In this document: in pieces, positions 12,401 to 27,489 of the stretch
Layout of the letters: the number at the start of each line of letters is the position of its first letter
How positions within the stretch are numbered: position 1 is the stretch's first letter
NCBI GenBank assembly: GCA_043228905.1
Contig: JBHGNT010000013.1
Coordinates: 19,406,001 to 19,470,000, forward strand
DNA: 64,000 nt
Direction: 5' to 3'
Origin: Azolla caroliniana
Taxonomy: Eukaryota; Plantae; Polypodiophyta
Made by a program: the position numbers and the translations under genes
Notes under the pieces: generated by a model
The model's database searches: none
What the model saw: only the letters and a program-made list of their open reading frames with translations
What the model was told of the DNA's origin: nothing

Positions 12401-15400
12401 CGACCTTACCCTGCCCTTCCACTTCCACTTCGTTCAGACCAGGGATTGTGAAGGTGGCCAACAATGACAGATTGCACGTACAAAGGTGCAATATCATAAT
12501 TGTATAGTACAGAGCATCATGTACATGAGCGAGATATGATTGTAGACCTATTGGACTTGATGTTCGATAGAGGTATGTGTGAGGACTTGTAGTACTGCCA
12601 TGATTGTGCCTATCCACAAGTTAGGAGACTCGGTTCTGATAGATCATTCGTTGGCCAAGTTGTATTCCTCCATTCTTGAGATGAGTTAAGGAGATGTGCA
12701 GAGCATGTTCCTCGTAGAGCCGAAGGACAAGTGGGATTCAAAAGGAGATTATCTACTCTGAATAGTTTATTCACACACAAACAGTCATCGTCAAAGAGGG
12801 TAGAGCCCATAACATACAGATTTTTGGTTGCTTTATGATGTTTTGCAAAGTTCCACAGTTGAGATTGATAGGAGGCTACAGGATTGAGAGTTCCTTGAGA
12901 ATTCCAATGGTGGATCTTGACAGTTTATCAGGAGTTGTAAGCAGAATATGGACTTCTTTAGAGCCTGTTCATTCCACTATTGGAGCAAAACAAGGATGTC
13001 TACGAGATCTCTTACTATTTTGTGAGGAGAGGGGATAGAGGTGCTCAGTTGGTGTGTACTTGGATACCTATTTTGCTATATGCAGATGATATTGTGCTTA
13101 TAGCAATCAGAGAGCTTATGCAGACATTTAGATACTCTATTCGTTTTTGTGCTCTGGATAGTACAAAAACTAACTCCCTTCCTGTAATTCTTGGATGCAT
13201 CATCTCTTTGACACTAACTCAAAGACCCACAAAATTATCTGGAGCAATCTCGTTTAGCTAGAGACCATGGGGACAGGAATCTAACGTATGCTGGAGTTAG
13301 GTATGAAGTTCTTGTATTGAGACCATCTTCTCCATGTCAATGAGTATGGATTTCTGTTATGCACCAGATATATGGACATCTTTTTGTCTCGCAGATTGAC
13401 ATGTACCATTGGACAGAAAGAGGTTATAGATAAGAGGTATCGGTTATAGGGGTGTACCTCCTGAGCAAATGATATGGCAGCTATGCAATAACAGAGTCCT
13501 AGGGCCACTACGTAGACCGGATGATGCTTTCTCTGTTCCTCAAGGGAGGGTTTTGGACTAGCGTCCCAGGTGATAGACTCTCAATGATCAGGGGTATTTG
13601 GGGCTGTTTTTACTAGAAAGTCTCTGTTGAGTAGTAGATGACCATCAAACCATTTAAAAGGCAGATTTTAAATATCTTCAGAAGGCCTTACCAAGAGACC
13701 TTAGGGCAAGCTCAACAAGCACTTCATAGATGTATATTGCGTGATGGAGGAGCTCCTTTGGCTGAGTCCAGATGCCGGAGGATAAAATGATTCGTTCATA
13801 TAAGACAATAGTATCATTGTCGGGGATCGAGCATGATTACTTGGGTGTTTCACTATGGAGGACATTCATTTCATACAAGATCATCCTTTGAGAGCATTCA
13901 TGGGCTTATCTCAGATTCTAGCCTTCCTAGCTATGTATTTGTTATGTACATCGTATCCTCCATATTACTTGTACCCATGGCCCCGATTTCATTATACTTT
14001 TATCACAGCCTAGTTTATGTACAATTTTTTGCTTTTGTCTGACAGATATTCTACAAGATGATCACACTAATTGTAACATGCCTTTTGAAGATGTTGATAT
14101 AATGTTTCATTTTATTACATTTCTTTGTCGCTACCTTGAATCAGTCTTTACAGAGTTCCTCTTGTTCATGATGGGAGCCTTTCTTATTGAGAAGAAGTAT
14201 ATTGTAACATGCTAGAAATACCAAATCAGATTGTGGGATATGAGCTTTCTAATTTTGATGCATGTGATGACAGCTATCTCCCAAATCCTGTGCTTGTAAT
14301 TATTGATGTGCAGCCGAAAGAACTTGGAATACCTACAAAGGCGTATTATGCAATTGAGGAAGTGAAGGAGGTTAGTAATAAGAATGTGCTTATTGTTTTT
14401 GTGCTAGTAAAATAGCTTGCATTCACATTGGCTCAAAAAATCTCCTTATTCAAGTTGTACTGTCTAGTACTTGGTGTTAGCTACAGAAAGGGCAGTGCCA
14501 AAAAGAAAAATCATGGATCATAGCTTAGGGTAAAGCAATCATTTCAAATTTTGCAAGATCTATAAGGTTGCCCACCAATTATTCAATTGTTGATCAATGA
14601 ACAGAGCTACTGCTTGCTGGCCATAAATAGGTAGTAAAAAAGGGAAAGGGAGCCGGTATACCTTAATCCAAGAGCTTCACATTTTATCCCTATTGGAACC
14701 ATTAATGTGTGCAAATATCAGATGATGGGGATTATGAGTGATTCCAACTTCATATTCATAACTTTGGATTGTGGTTGAAATTGTTTTCACATCATAGAAT
14801 TAACCATTTATTCCTAATAGTTGGGGCTTAGAATCATTTCAATGGTTTTGTCCTCCTTTTTTATTTCAAGAAATAATATAAAAAAGAAAGAATAAACACT
14901 TAAAGCCTTTTCATTAGTGAGGTTTAATAACAATGATAAACATATTCTTCGTTTGTCAAGAATGTCATATTTACCAGTGGTGCTGATTCTTGCTTTATGT
15001 ATAAGTGTAGCAAGACTGTCATGTTCTGCTTGAACCAAATTTTTTGGAGCGGAACAAGCACACAACTGACTCCCCAAAACAGTAAAAACTGTAAAAAATA
15101 AATTGATGGGTAGAGAATGTGAGGAATGCTATATAAAAAATCCCCACAAACTGAAACGATTGTGTATTCCTGAGCGTAGTGAGATGTTAGTTGAAGGAAA
15201 ATAATGTGTCCAGAAACCACATCAGCAAAGAATCCTTGTCTATCTAGGCGGTATGACCTGATATGAAAGATTCTTTCCCCTCTTTGGAGATCTCTCCATC
15301 CTGGGTCAGCCCATGTAGGAATCAAGCTTTCAGTCCATCTATGGTCAGTGTTATGAACCAGATTATTTGGATTCTTTTTCAAGAGCATGGAATGTCTATG

Positions 15401-16916
15401 ATATCCCTAGCCAAATGCTGTGGGGATAACTATGGTATGTAAGGAAGTTTTATTAAATTACTTAAATTTATTTTAGATTGTTGTACAAGATGACAACATT
15501 TCAGCCATTCTGTCATCTTAAGAGATGTTATTCTGTGCATGGATATGTATATATCTACTCACACAGACAGATATGTCAGCCCTTGCATCGTTGTTCCTTT
15601 CTCTGATTATTTTGTGTTTTTCTTTTTCACATTAATTCGTATATTACTGAGTTCAATTGTTATCTTCACAATGGCAGGACTCTACACAGAAGAGTCAGAA
15701 TGTATTTGTGCATGTGGCTTCTGAAATTGGAGCATATGAAGCGGAAGAAATTGGTACATTGTGACTGCTATTTAAATTAATAAAAAAAACATCTTTAAAA
15801 TAATTGCTTCTACCAAACCCTTGTTTTTGTATTTATTAGGTGTGGAGCACTTGTTACGAGATGTGAAAGATACAACCATAAGCACACTTGCTACTGAGGT
15901 TTTGTTCCTTCCATTATTTATCTAAAATTGTCTTTTACCTAACAGTCTGGTGATTTATTTATTTATGTTTATTCTAGACTGTCTTTCTCAGAAATTTTAA
16001 TTTCATAAACCACAGGTCAGTGGAAAATTGACAGCATTAAAAGGGCTTGAAGCACGGCTAAAGGAAATTCGTTCATACTTGGATTATGTCATTGATGGCA
16101 AGTTACCGCTGAATCATGAAATCCTTTACCATCTACAGGTGGACTCATGATTATGATTTTAATCTCTTTGCTAACTTTAGGAGTAGAATTTATTCTGAAA
16201 ATTCCCTTCTTTTGTGCAGGATGTCTTTAATTTGCTGCCAAATTTGAATGTTAATGAGCTTGTAAACTCCTTTGCAGGTAAAATATACTTTTGGTTTTAG
16301 GTCTGAAATCCAGTGGCATTTGGATTCCATTCACTTTTGTGATATAATTCTAGTTCCTCTTGGATACTAATTACATGTACTTTTAACAGTGAAAACAAAT
16401 GACATGATGCTGGTCATCTACCTGGCTTCATTGATACGAAGCGTCATTGCTTTGCACAATCTTATCAACAATAAGGTATGTACATTGATACTATACACAG
16501 GGTTTTGCAATGGCATGGTGAGAGCACAATTAAATTCATAGAGCTGTTATTGTGCATTTATAAAATGGCTATCCCTAGCTGGATATTTTTACCAGAAAAC
16601 CCAGAATGTCATGCAAAATATACAACAAAAAGAGGGTTATTCTGGTATCTTATAGAAATTTAGGGGTAGTTTGGTTTTTCTGGGAAGTACCCAAAATGGT
16701 AGGGTTATTTTGGTAATTTTCTGGTTATATAATGTAGTTTAAGCATGAGCAAAGAGTGGATACTGAACAGTTTCTTTGCATCTTAATTGTTTTGTTATGA
16801 TACATGCTTAAACTCATATTCGATGGCCTGCATTTGGAATTGTGCAGATGTTAAACAAAGAACACGAGAATCTTGCAGATAGTTCATCTGGGTTGGCTAT
16901 TTCAGCTGCTAGCTAG
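9420..16916 (+). CDS. RPN8: 26S proteasome lid subunit RPN8 (PSMD7, MPN domain), 10 exons: 9420-9606, 11449-11541, 11624-11705, 14274-14370, 15678-15753, 15840-15898, 16016-16138, 16220-16277, 16390-16475, 16848-16916
   Basis: The spliced translation reads MDVVTSS...[33 protein letters not shown]...[26 protein letters not shown]...[17 protein letters not shown]...[11 protein letters not shown]...[16 protein letters not shown]...[18 protein letters not shown]...[35 protein letters not shown]. All introns are GT-AG and in phase. Confidence 0.97.
12000..13950 (+). mobile_element. Decayed non-LTR retrotransposon (LINE) in RPN8 intron 3; boundaries approximate
   Basis: RT motif remnants: [10 protein letters not shown] (~12970, cf. 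GVKQGCPLS), [12 protein letters not shown] (~13070) and YLGLFF (~13595). Many frameshifts. Confidence 0.7.
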
Positions 16917-19900
16917 TGAAGTTGTGTTGTTGCAGCCATGACATTTTCTCCTGAATGTGTTAGGGTTTCTCAACTTATTTTCTTGACAATTGCTTGAATT
17001 TTGTGGCTATACAAGCACAATGAATCATATGACATATTCTAAAGAAGCAAATAGAGAATTTATTGTTGATTATAGGTCTAATAAACAGATATTTCCATCT
17101 GATTTAGTTACCTTATTTTCTCAACATAATATCTCGTATATTTGGATTGAATGAGAACTAAATCCACACGCTCTTTTCTCATCTTCCAGCTGAAACATAA
17201 TTTCTGTTGTAGAGTGCTCAATATCCAAAAGACATTAGCAAAGCATCATTTCAAGAACCCTCTAACAAGGATGCGAACATGTTTAGGAGAACTTGACGGT
17301 GTGCATCGTGTCTAACAAAATCAATCTGAAATAGAAATCTAGAAAGCGATTTTAAATACAAATGATAGTTTGTGATAGATGCAATTTTTTCTGAAATGAT
17401 CAATATACATGTCTGTGAAATGATCAATGTGAATGTAGAGGTCAATCAACTCAAGTCCAAAAGTATTTTTTATTGAAAATTGCATATGGATATGTACCAT
17501 TTATAGGTACAGTCATACACTCAAGATGGGGTGAGGGCATTAGTTACCAATGAACTTATAATAACTCAATACTGACTCAAGCAATTGAAGATAATATATA
17601 AAGATGTGAGGTTAAAGATGACATTGACAACGGTGTGGAGGTAGATTATTGCTGTTCATGAAGTGGTATGTCATTTATCAGTCAATGCCTTCAAAATAAT
17701 AACGGTGAGGAGATGGTAGGTTGGCAAGAAATCGATGCCATTAAAATAATGACAATGTGGAAATGGATTGTTGTTCATGAGGTTGTAGATTATTGTTCAT
17801 CAGATGGTAAGCTGTTTATTAGTTGATGCTGTATAAAGCAATCATGTGAACGTGCAGATAGACTGTTGTTCATGAGTTGGTTGGCTGTTGAGTAGTTTAT
17901 GTCTTCTAAGATTGTGATGTCCTCACACTCGTTGCTTGTCACATGATTCAGATCTTTCTTCACATGCCTTGCAGGATCTAGCAATTTAAAAACCACTGTC
18001 TTCAAATCTGATTTAGAAAATTTACTTTAATTTAAAGGACAAACTCCCTCATGTTGGAATATAGATAGTGGTAGTTTGAAGTGACCCATAAATGTTGTAG
18101 TAGATTTACAATGTTTTTTTAATATGTTGTAAAAGTAGATGTTACATCGAAATTTGACTTTGTTTTGACGGATATCTATATGAATTGCTACATATAAACA
18201 TTAAGCAATTCATGAGCATGGGTGACATGACGTTGGATGCAACAATTAACTTTTATCAAATAGACAATGAGTTAACAACAATTGATTATCCCTAGATCAA
18301 GAAGAGATAGTGAATGTGAAAGATTTGTTAATGCTTGGAAGTGTATATGGCCTCACCAATAAACTTGCTAAATGGCAAAAACTAACCAAATGCAACCATA
18401 ACAGAATAAGTGCTATTGCTTATCTTTCAAGTATGTACTCTAACCTTGATACTTGAGATTAAGAAATTCAATGTCTTCGAAGGGTCATGACCAACAAAAT
18501 ACGTTTATACTAACATCCACAAGAGTTGGGGAGACACATTCAACTATACTCAAATACCTATGATAGGACATCACAGATGCACAAGATTAGGCTACGTAAT
18601 AAATTGGGATAAATACAAATGGTATGCCATGTGATGCCATTCATCACACCATGAAAATTTATTATCCCCCCCCTCAAAACAATTAGCTATTTTGAGACAC
18701 AAGGACATTTTAAAGGAAAGGAATGGAATGGAATTTAAAAACACACGTGAATGCTCTTTCGACGGTTAGATTTAAAGAAAAAGGAGCATAAATTGAGGGA
18801 TAAATGTATGACCCGCATAATGCTAACATGCTTGTCCAACCCAAGGAATTGATAAGAATATTGCCATAAATGATATATCGCTCTCATTTAAGAGGATATT
18901 CCAAAATTGATTGAAAGTGAATCATTGCATTGCAAACTTTTGATGCAAGAATGTTATCCACAAACCCAAAGTCACAATGGATTGGTGGCTCAATAGTTTG
19001 GGAAGAAGGCATGAGATTCCCTAGGCAATTGAGATTTAGAAAACCACTCATCATATTGATAATATCTTCACTCTAAGAGAACTAGAGGGCAAAATCTTGG
19101 GTAAGGCAAAAAAACAAATATACTACTGCTTTTTAAACTTATGTAAAGCATTTGAGACAAAACCACAAGAGAAACCAAAAGTGGCTACATGATATTGGAG
19201 CCTTGGAGAATATGTAGTGGATAATAAATGCTTTACATGATGGTGAGACTATTTTTAAGGGCAGACTGGCAGTATATACAACATCATTAAAAATGATGCA
19301 TATATGCACACTATCCTGCACATTTGTTGGTCTTTAAATACATGAGGATTCAAAAAACATGCGAGGTGGAGGAATAAACTCTACCTCAGGTGACGATATC
19401 TATATTTCTCTTTACTAACAATGTTATGCTTATTCATGATGTATGAAAGGGGCTTCAAAGGCATTTAGACGCTCTCCATGCCTTTTCTGTAGATAGAGAT
19501 CTCATAATGAAGCTCAAGAAAACTTACATGATGGTGTTTAATATCTCCATTTAATATATCCATAACACGCGCCAAAAACGTTAAAAACTACGTTAACTTT
19601 GAATGGCATGGATGTTTCTTGTGTACCTCGGGGTCACACTCAAATGGACACAATTCTCTTGGCAAAGATGTACGAATTTTGGTTGACATGTGCGTATGAA
19701 ACTATTGGGACACTTGAGCATCAATGCACATTTGGGAAATTTCAACCCAAATTAGGAGTATTTTACTAATTGTTTAAAAAAATGGAAATACATAGTAGGT
19801 ATGGCCGCATAAATTTTAAAAATATAGTTGGTAATCTTGCAGTTCTTGCAAAGCTAGGGATATATTGGTGTTTTCCCCTATCCATATTGTTTTCTAGCCA

Positions 19901-20217
19901 CAATGCATTATGGAACCAACAATAACTCATTACACAAACACTAGTAATAGACTATAGTGTTATTAAAATATTGTTCCCTCCATAGTCACCAAACTATAAC
20001 ATATGAAACATTGTATATTGGATCTTAGTTGTGTGTGTTGAAGATACTATTGAAGAGACATGATAATACATGGTATAACATTATGATGACATTCCACCAT
20101 CTTTATAGCAATAAAAAAAGGGATGCCATTTGTTACACTAGATAACATTGGTTTTCATGGTTTCAAGTGTAAGGTCCCCCATTCTCGTAATTTGTCTCAA
20201 ATAAACAAGAGCTCAGT

Positions 20218-20662
20218 TAACAACTGGCAACTGTTCGGTTCGGTTTGAGAGTATCAAAACCGAACCGTTTAAAAATATTGAAACTTGAACCGAACGGAAC
20301 CACGAATCCATTAAAAAAAATTCAAACCATACCGTTAAAGTTGCGGTTTTGTGGTTCGGTTTCGGTTTTCAACTTAGGTCAAAATTCAATTTTTAAATTT
20401 AAAATATTTCATTATTTTAAAGATTTTCTAAAAATGTGATAATAAGGCCCGAAAATGAAACGATTGTTTAAAAACAATTTTTTTTAATTTTAAATAATAA
20501 TAATAATAATAAACTGGTAAATTGTTTAAATCGCGGTTTCTAACTGTTGAAACCAAACCAAACTGTTAAAAAAAACATGAACTTGAATTGAACCGAACAG
20601 TTTAAACCATTAAGCAGGTTCGTGGTTTGGTTCGGTTTAAATCGAACCGTTGCCGACTGTTA
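20218..20662. mobile_element. Non-autonomous hAT-type MITE
   Basis: Ends TAACAACTGGCAAC / GTTGCCGACTGTTA, many AACCG/CGGTT subterminal motifs, and a degenerate 8-bp TSD (AGCTCAGT / AGCCCATT). The termini resemble those of the hAT at 48241. The right end plus flank is duplicated again at ~20707-20800. Confidence 0.8.
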
Positions 20663-22775
20663 AGCCCATTCACAAATCCTCTGCGATTTATATTGTCGAT
20701 ATGTTTTGAACCGTTAAAAAAAAACATGAATTGGTTCGGTTCAAATCGAACCGTTGCCGACTGTTAAGCCCATTCACAAATCCTCTGAGATTTATATTGA
20801 CCACCTAGTACTTGGCTTCTTTCTATCTAAGCGAATAATTTCTACATTCCATACTACTCTTAACATTGTATATATAAAGAATCTACCTTCATAAATTGGA
20901 TGACTATTTTCACTCTAAACGTTTAAGGAACATTCTATCTATAGTTGGTATTCCTTGACATTTGACACATTTTATATTCCAAGGGAATATTTTGGGCATT
21001 ATGAACCATCCTTATGATTTTGTGACAGTAAAGAACAATTCCTTTGAAATAAGAGAATGATTTCAATTCCATGTTCCAAGTACTTACCTTCTGTTGGGGT
21101 GAGGTTTTAGTGGTGGAAACGTTAGGATTTCTATGGAAATAAAAGAACGTAAGTCAAGTGAATTATGTTGCCTATTGTTCATTATGCATTGTGAATGTGT
21201 TATATGAAATAGACTATTAATTCCAATTTAATGTGTACGTTGTGTGATGTACATCAAAATGATTGTAAAAAGCAATAGAACTATTTCCTAATGCAAATGA
21301 TTCCACTAATATCAATATTTTAAAGGTATCGCTCAAGAAAGGACAAACACAATATTATATGCTCACAAGGTGGATACATTGAACAGAATATACAATGAGA
21401 CGAATATACACTATACAATGACAATAATATAAGCTATTTTGTGTTTATTGAGTGAAATGGGTAATAACAATCGTTTATTAGTTTAGGTTCAAGAATATGT
21501 AGCTCATAAATCTAGCTAAAGTATGAACAATATCTAAGAGTGTTGTTGTGTATAAGAAAAACATTATAGGGATGAGACAATCTAATCATTTCTCACAAAA
21601 CATAAACCTTTAGTACAAATATTCAAGATAATATTATAAGGGAAAACAAAATCTGGTGTCAAAAACATTTTATTACTAGTATGAACTTTATGCTTTTACT
21701 TACGCTTTATCGTAAACCTCAAAAAATGATATGTTGGATAAGAGAACCACGGAAAATGAAACACACTTTATTGGATTGCCAATAATGTTTTGGTGACTTT
21801 AATAATAAAAAGGTGCACCAATCTCCACAACAGTAATGAAGAATGGCTGCATTGGAGACAATGAGATAATAAAAAACTGTTTCTTGGATGGTATCTCGTT
21901 TGCAAGAGCAACTCAAGGTTCCACTTGTGGTAATTGTAAATTTTTATGTGTTCGTGCTCATGGGATACGTTTATTCTAATCTAATACTTTCCCTAATGTA
22001 AGCGGGAACTAGGGCTGGTAAAAAAGGATTGGTGTATGGTTAGACTCCAAAATTCATGACAAAAATTTACAATGCATTCTTGGAAAACCGACTAGATTTT
22101 TGAAATCCCAACCGAAGTCATACATGGGGTTGATTTTCAATTAATTAAAAAACTAAACACTTGAAGTGATGGACCGATGAAGAAGTTATAATATGGACAC
22201 ATCATGGGTGCTACATAAATGACACCAGGTTATAAAACAAATTTATTTGAGCCAAACTCAAGAGTGTTAGTCTTTGTATACTGCTTAAATGAGGGATTGT
22301 GCTCCAATTGTCAAACTTCAAAGGTGGCCTACACTTTACCATGGCGAAATGAGCTTTTCTCGTGTATTTGTCATGATCTATTCGTTTGTATTTGTTGGTC
22401 GTTTGTCTATATAATATACTTGATAGAAAATGACCTCAAAATATGCTTTTATGTACTAGAAAGAAGCTAGAAGCTATGTATTCTTGTTTTCTATCAAAGT
22501 TACCGACACAATGCCTCTTGGTCGAACTTGAGGCTCCGAAAGCACACATAAATAAAAATCAAGCACACAAATTATACTTGCAAAATAGTACAATTTTGGG
22601 AATTAGTTTATTATAATTACAATGAGCTTTGCTAATTAAACAAATTCAATCGTTAACCTCTCTCTAATTAGAAAACGAGCAATATCATGAATTGTCAAAA
22701 TAGTTATTCTTCATTGTCTTATATTTATGCTTCTAATTAGAAAGTCAACTTGTCCTAGTATATGTTAATCTTAGG

Positions 22776-23017
22776 TAAAAATCTAAAAATAGCTCTACTT
22801 TAACTATGATTGGTCAAAGTCAAGGATCCTAATCAAAAGATTAACATGTACTTTAGAAACGTATTAAAACAATTTACTCTAAAAATATAAGCCAAATTGT
22901 CCAAATATGTTTCTTGAAGTACATGCTAATATTTTAATTAGGATCCTTGAGTTTAACCAATTATATTTAAATATTCAAGTAATTTAAAAATAAGTAGAGC
23001 TATTTTTAGTTTTTTTG
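22776..23017. repeat. AT-rich foldback inverted repeat (~100-bp degenerate arms), probable old MITE
   Basis: CTAAAAATAGCTCTACTT...CAAGGATCCTAAT...CATGTACTT is mirrored by AAGTACATG...ATTAGGATCCTTG...AAGTAGAGCTATTTTTAG. Confidence 0.75.
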
Positions 23018-25398
23018 ATGCATATAATCATGTGTGTGTTACGTGGGGTTGCGTGTGCATGCACATACACATACACAAACACATATGAATGAATGAGGTT
23101 AAATTGTTGTCAATGAGACACATCATATTATGAGCCATATGCTCGTTATAATCCATTGTGATTATGTTGCGTCAACTTATTTGCATTGAAATATTCTATG
23201 CTCATAGTAACTATTGAATGTTAGTATAGAACATTGATTACTTCGATTCTAAATGTTGTGTCTACACTTATTTGGAATAAAGTAATTTCAAAGGAAATAG
23301 ACATCAACAAAAGTTTCCACTCTTAAACACCTCAAAAGTGTTTAGCCATTTACAACCTCGAATCGAAAGAGACTAAAGGGGTATTAAGTAACAGTTTCAA
23401 GAAATTTGCACCCCAAGGTTATACATGACGTTAGAAAGTTTTCGTAGAATGAGCAATCCAATGTGCATATTGACATGAAGTTATGGAGCAAATTGGGTAT
23501 GCAAATTATGAATCTAAACTCTAAACCTTGACCTGAAGTTGACCCGAGGTTTCACAAGTGTTTGGATTAAATCATAAATCATCATATCCAAGCTTTAGAC
23601 AAAATTATTTGATCCAAATACTAGGCACTTTGGAACCAAAGCATACAATATTGTTGGAAAACACCAACAAGTATATGTTGGTAAGTGTTTAAGTAAGGTC
23701 TTATGAAATTCTGATACCCCGATAGATATATGAGGTGAGTAGAGTAGTCTAGGCATGGAAGGCCCCTTGGAAGGCAACGATAGTCCCTTCGTAATTTAGT
23801 ATAGGTAGTCTCTTTAGCAGACGGCAATCCCAATACATTTGTTGTGATTTGTGCATCCACATTGTGTAGCCTTTTTTGTAAAAAACTCTCCTAACTAATG
23901 GGAAAAGCAACGTTTTTTTTGGGGGAAAAAAGGTCTTATGAAATTCTACAAGAGCAGAAAGTAAGGTTCAAATGTTCTAGACTTTTAAGCAGTTTATGAA
24001 AGTTCAACTTGCATGCAATTTAAGGTAGAATGCTGAAAAGAATGTGCTCGATGAGAAACACATGTTCATTGGTGTAAAAAAATGAGAGCAAATGAAAGAT
24101 TTCCCAAGAGGAGCATATGTGATTTTCATAGGACACCCACAAAATACAGATGTCAATCATTGATACAAGCGACACAATAGAAATCATTCACACAATATTG
24201 AATGAACGAATGAATGGGGAAACTTGAGTTCTCAAAAGACAATGGCATTACCTAATGCCATTTGGATTCCTGGATTCGAAAACTCGAGTTGTCTGAAGAC
24301 AACCCCATTGCATAGTGCCACATTTTCTAATGTTGTTTAGATTCTCAGAATTGTCAAAAGTCAAAACTCTTATTGTATTCAAAGGGGGCAAGATGGCAAT
24401 AAATGTGTATAGCATTGACTTGTGTTTTATACTGTAGATTGCTCAAAAATCAACATAGCTTTGCGTTGATGGCCATAGTTTTTTCCACGTTTTGACTACT
24501 TTAGTAGTTTCTCTCCATAATGCAAACTCTTTTTGTTTTCGTTCTCTTTTTCTCAAAGATGTTTTCTTTTGAATGGGCCATGTGAAGAACATTCAAAGGA
24601 AGTGCTCCTACCGCTCCTACCTCAACTACAACTTTTCTTTTTTGTTTTGTTTTAGGGTAGTGAGACAGAAAACAAAGATCTAAGCATGTATATGTAATGT
24701 ATGGACCTCTCAAACCTACATAGTAGCAACAACATCGACAAGCTTGGAGGTTGGGGTTTCTCAATAAGGTCTTTGTGTGTCAGACACCCATGCATGTGCT
24801 AAGAAGATTTTTAAAAGAAAACTCATGTTTTAAAGAGTGGGTTTATAGGAACCAAACATAAGCGTGCTTTGCTCATTTTCACATGAGCAGTGAGTATATA
24901 AGGCATATACACATGCCATATATAGGGGGGACTTGGGGTATGTGCACCATAGACATGCCATATATAGAGAGGAGGATGCACACACCATTCAGATAGAGAT
25001 ATACATGTGAATGACAGATAGATATACATGTGAATGAGTGGCTTTTGTGTGTGTTTTAACTCAAAGATTGGCCCCAAAACTCAAAAAACCCATGTTTTTT
25101 TGGAAACAATCAAATAACTTTTACATAAAAGTGTATGATGATATAAATGCATCATATCCTCCCAAAGGTACATTACAACCTTTTACTTCATACCAAGAGA
25201 CCAAAGTTTCAACACTCGAGAGTTGAACCTCTAAATTTTGCCTTTAGACCCAATATAACCAACGAAAAGGACCAAGACCAACCTTATACATACATAACAC
25301 ATACACATATCATCATAATATGGCTTTAGGTTAAAGTAAAACGAAAAGAAAACTATAAGCAATGGTCATTATGCAATGTGATTTTTGACAACTACAAT

Positions 25399-26901
25399 TT
25401 AACCAACCAAGACCTCTGGTGGTGCTCCAGCCTTGAGTTCTTTGAGTTGTGTCATGTTCTTGTAAGGGCTCAACCCTGGATCTTCGTCATGATGGTAATA
25501 TGCATGTCCCCCATGCCTTGTAGGATCCATACCCACAAACTCGTCTTTCGGTGATATCCGGAGAAGGTTGAGCTTGTGAAGGATAAGGAATAATGGAGCC
25601 ATGGTCGCGGTCACCCACCCAATGATTGACAGAATCTCGACAATTTGTGCAGCTAGCAATTTCCCGCCTCCGCCCATAAAGAGCCCGTATTGGACGGTAC
25701 TCGCCGTCCTACCATACACTTGCTTGACATAGTTCTCATTGGCAAAGAGGCCAGTGAAGATGAGACCCCAAGCACCGCACCCGCCGTGCAGCTGGGCCGC
25801 CTCTAGTGGGTCATCGAACTTCAACTTCTCGGCCAAAATGTTGAGCCCGATGAGGACCCAAGCTGACACGAACCCGCAAATGATGGATGCCCATGGGTCG
25901 ACGACCGAGCAACCGGCCGTAATGGCGGCAAACCCGCCCAGAAGACCATTGCACACATCCAATACATTCCAATGACCACCGAGAATCCTCTTACCGAAGA
26001 GGGTAGTGAGGGCAGCAGTGCTACCCGCGATGGTTGTGGTCACGGCGGTTCGACCCACCCCGCTCCAGTTGCCTTTGAAAGCGTCGTAAGGGCTACCTAG
26101 AATGACAAGGAAAGACCCCGGGTTGAAACCATACCATCCGAACCATAGAAGGAAGCTCCCGAGAACTACGAGGGTGGCCGAATGGCCTTTCAGTCGTTGG
26201 GGTTGGCCATCTGCATCGAATCGGCCCATCCTAGGGCCTTCTATGAAGGCCCCCCAAAGGCCGGCGATGCCGCCCACCATGTGAACCACCCCGCTCCCGG
26301 CAAAATCGATCGCTCCCGAGTCGAACAAGAGATTAGGGTTTGTCGCGCTAAGCCAGCCGTCGACAGACCACAACCAGTGCGAAACCACGGGGTACACGAA
26401 ACCCGTGAGGAAGCACGAGTAGACCAAGTAGGCGGTGAATTGTGTCCTTTCGGCGATGGATCCCGATGTGATGCCGGCCGCGGCGATGGCGAAGGCCCAT
26501 TGGTAGAGGAAGAAGGAGTAATCGAAGCCGTTGAGCTCATCGGGGATTTGCTTGAGGCCGAAGAAGTGGTGGCCGATGAATCCATTGTTATTGCCCTCGG
26601 CGTTCCGGCCGAATGCGAAAGCGAAGCCGAATAAGTAATAGGAGAGGCCACCGCTGGCGGCATCGAGGACATTGGTGAGCATGATGTTCATGGTGTTCTT
26701 GGCTCGGACGGAGCCTGCGCAGAGCATCGCAAACCCTAATTGCATGGCGAAGACGAGATAGGCAGAGAAGAGGAGGTAGGTGTTGTTGATGGCGAGGGTG
26801 GTCGCCAGGAGGTGGGCGTTGACGACATCGAACTGGGAGCAGACGGTGGGATCGATGCTGCTAGAGGCCAAGCAGGAGGTATTCCATGAGGCAGTGGCCA
26901 T
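25399..26901 (-). CDS. AMT1: Ammonium transporter, AMT1 family, 500 aa, intronless
   Basis: [41 protein letters not shown], signature [38 protein letters not shown] (twin His), and C-terminal [12 protein letters not shown] with the regulatory Thr position retained. Confidence 0.98.
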   Translation of the reverse strand: MATASWNTSCLASSSIDPTVCSQFDVVNAHLLATTLAINNTYLLFSAYLVFAMQLGFAMLCAGSVRAKNTMNIMLTNVLDAASGGLSYYLFGFAFAFGRNAEGNNNGFIGHHFFGLKQIPDELNGFDYSFFLYQWAFAIAAAGITSGSIAERTQFTAYLVYSCFLTGFVYPVVSHWLWSVDGWLSATNPNLLFDSGAIDFAGSGVVHMVGGIAGLWGAFIEGPRMGRFDADGQPQRLKGHSATLVVLGSFLLWFGWYGFNPGSFLVILGSPYDAFKGNWSGVGRTAVTTTIAGSTAALTTLFGKRILGGHWNVLDVCNGLLGGFAAITAGCSVVDPWASIICGFVSAWVLIGLNILAEKLKFDDPLEAAQLHGGCGAWGLIFTGLFANENYVKQVYGRTASTVQYGLFMGGGGKLLAAQIVEILSIIGWVTATMAPLFLILHKLNLLRISPKDEFVGMDPTRHGGHAYYHHDEDPGLSPYKNMTQLKELKAGAPPEVLVG

Positions 26902-27186
26902 GGCTTCTTGCTTGCTTGCTTGCTTGGGGGCCTTCTCTTCTGCTCTCCTCTGCTCTCTGCTCTGATCTCTCTCTCTCTCTCTCTCGTGTTTGTGTTGGAG
27001 GGGGTTTGAAGGGATGAAATGGATGGATGGACAAATAGTGGTGAGAGGAGAAAGGGGGGGGGTTATGTGTGTCTGTGTATGTGCTCTTCTTATAAGTGAG
27101 GTTTCACACTTAGAGAGAGAGAAGAGAGAGAGAGCCTCTTTCTCCTTTCTTGTAGAGAGAGAGAGATGGGGGGTGGAGGGCCCAGG

Positions 27187-27222
<36 letters not shown>

Positions 27223-27489
27223 GTCCTCCTCCTGGGGAGGGAAAGGGGAGATGGAAGAAGAGAAGGGGGGGGAGGAGGTAAAATTACTCCCACTTACTCC
27301 ACCATGTTGCTCTTCCTATTTCAATATAGCTTCTTCCATCCTTCTCACCATCTTTAATGGCTTCATCCTCCCCCCCCCCCCCCCCCCCCCAACACACACA
27401 CACACACTTGTCGATCCGTACAGTCAATATCGAAGGCCATATGGTTCGTTCTATGGGCGGGGGGGGGGGGGGGGGGGACGGGGGTGGCA

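Noticed and set aside
18050-19500. Possible very old LINE relic
   Set aside because: Only faint motif echoes; no diagnostic motif could be read with confidence.
25739-26672. Overlapping antisense and alternate-frame ORFs in AMT1
   Set aside because: By-products of GC-rich codon usage, with no independent motifs.
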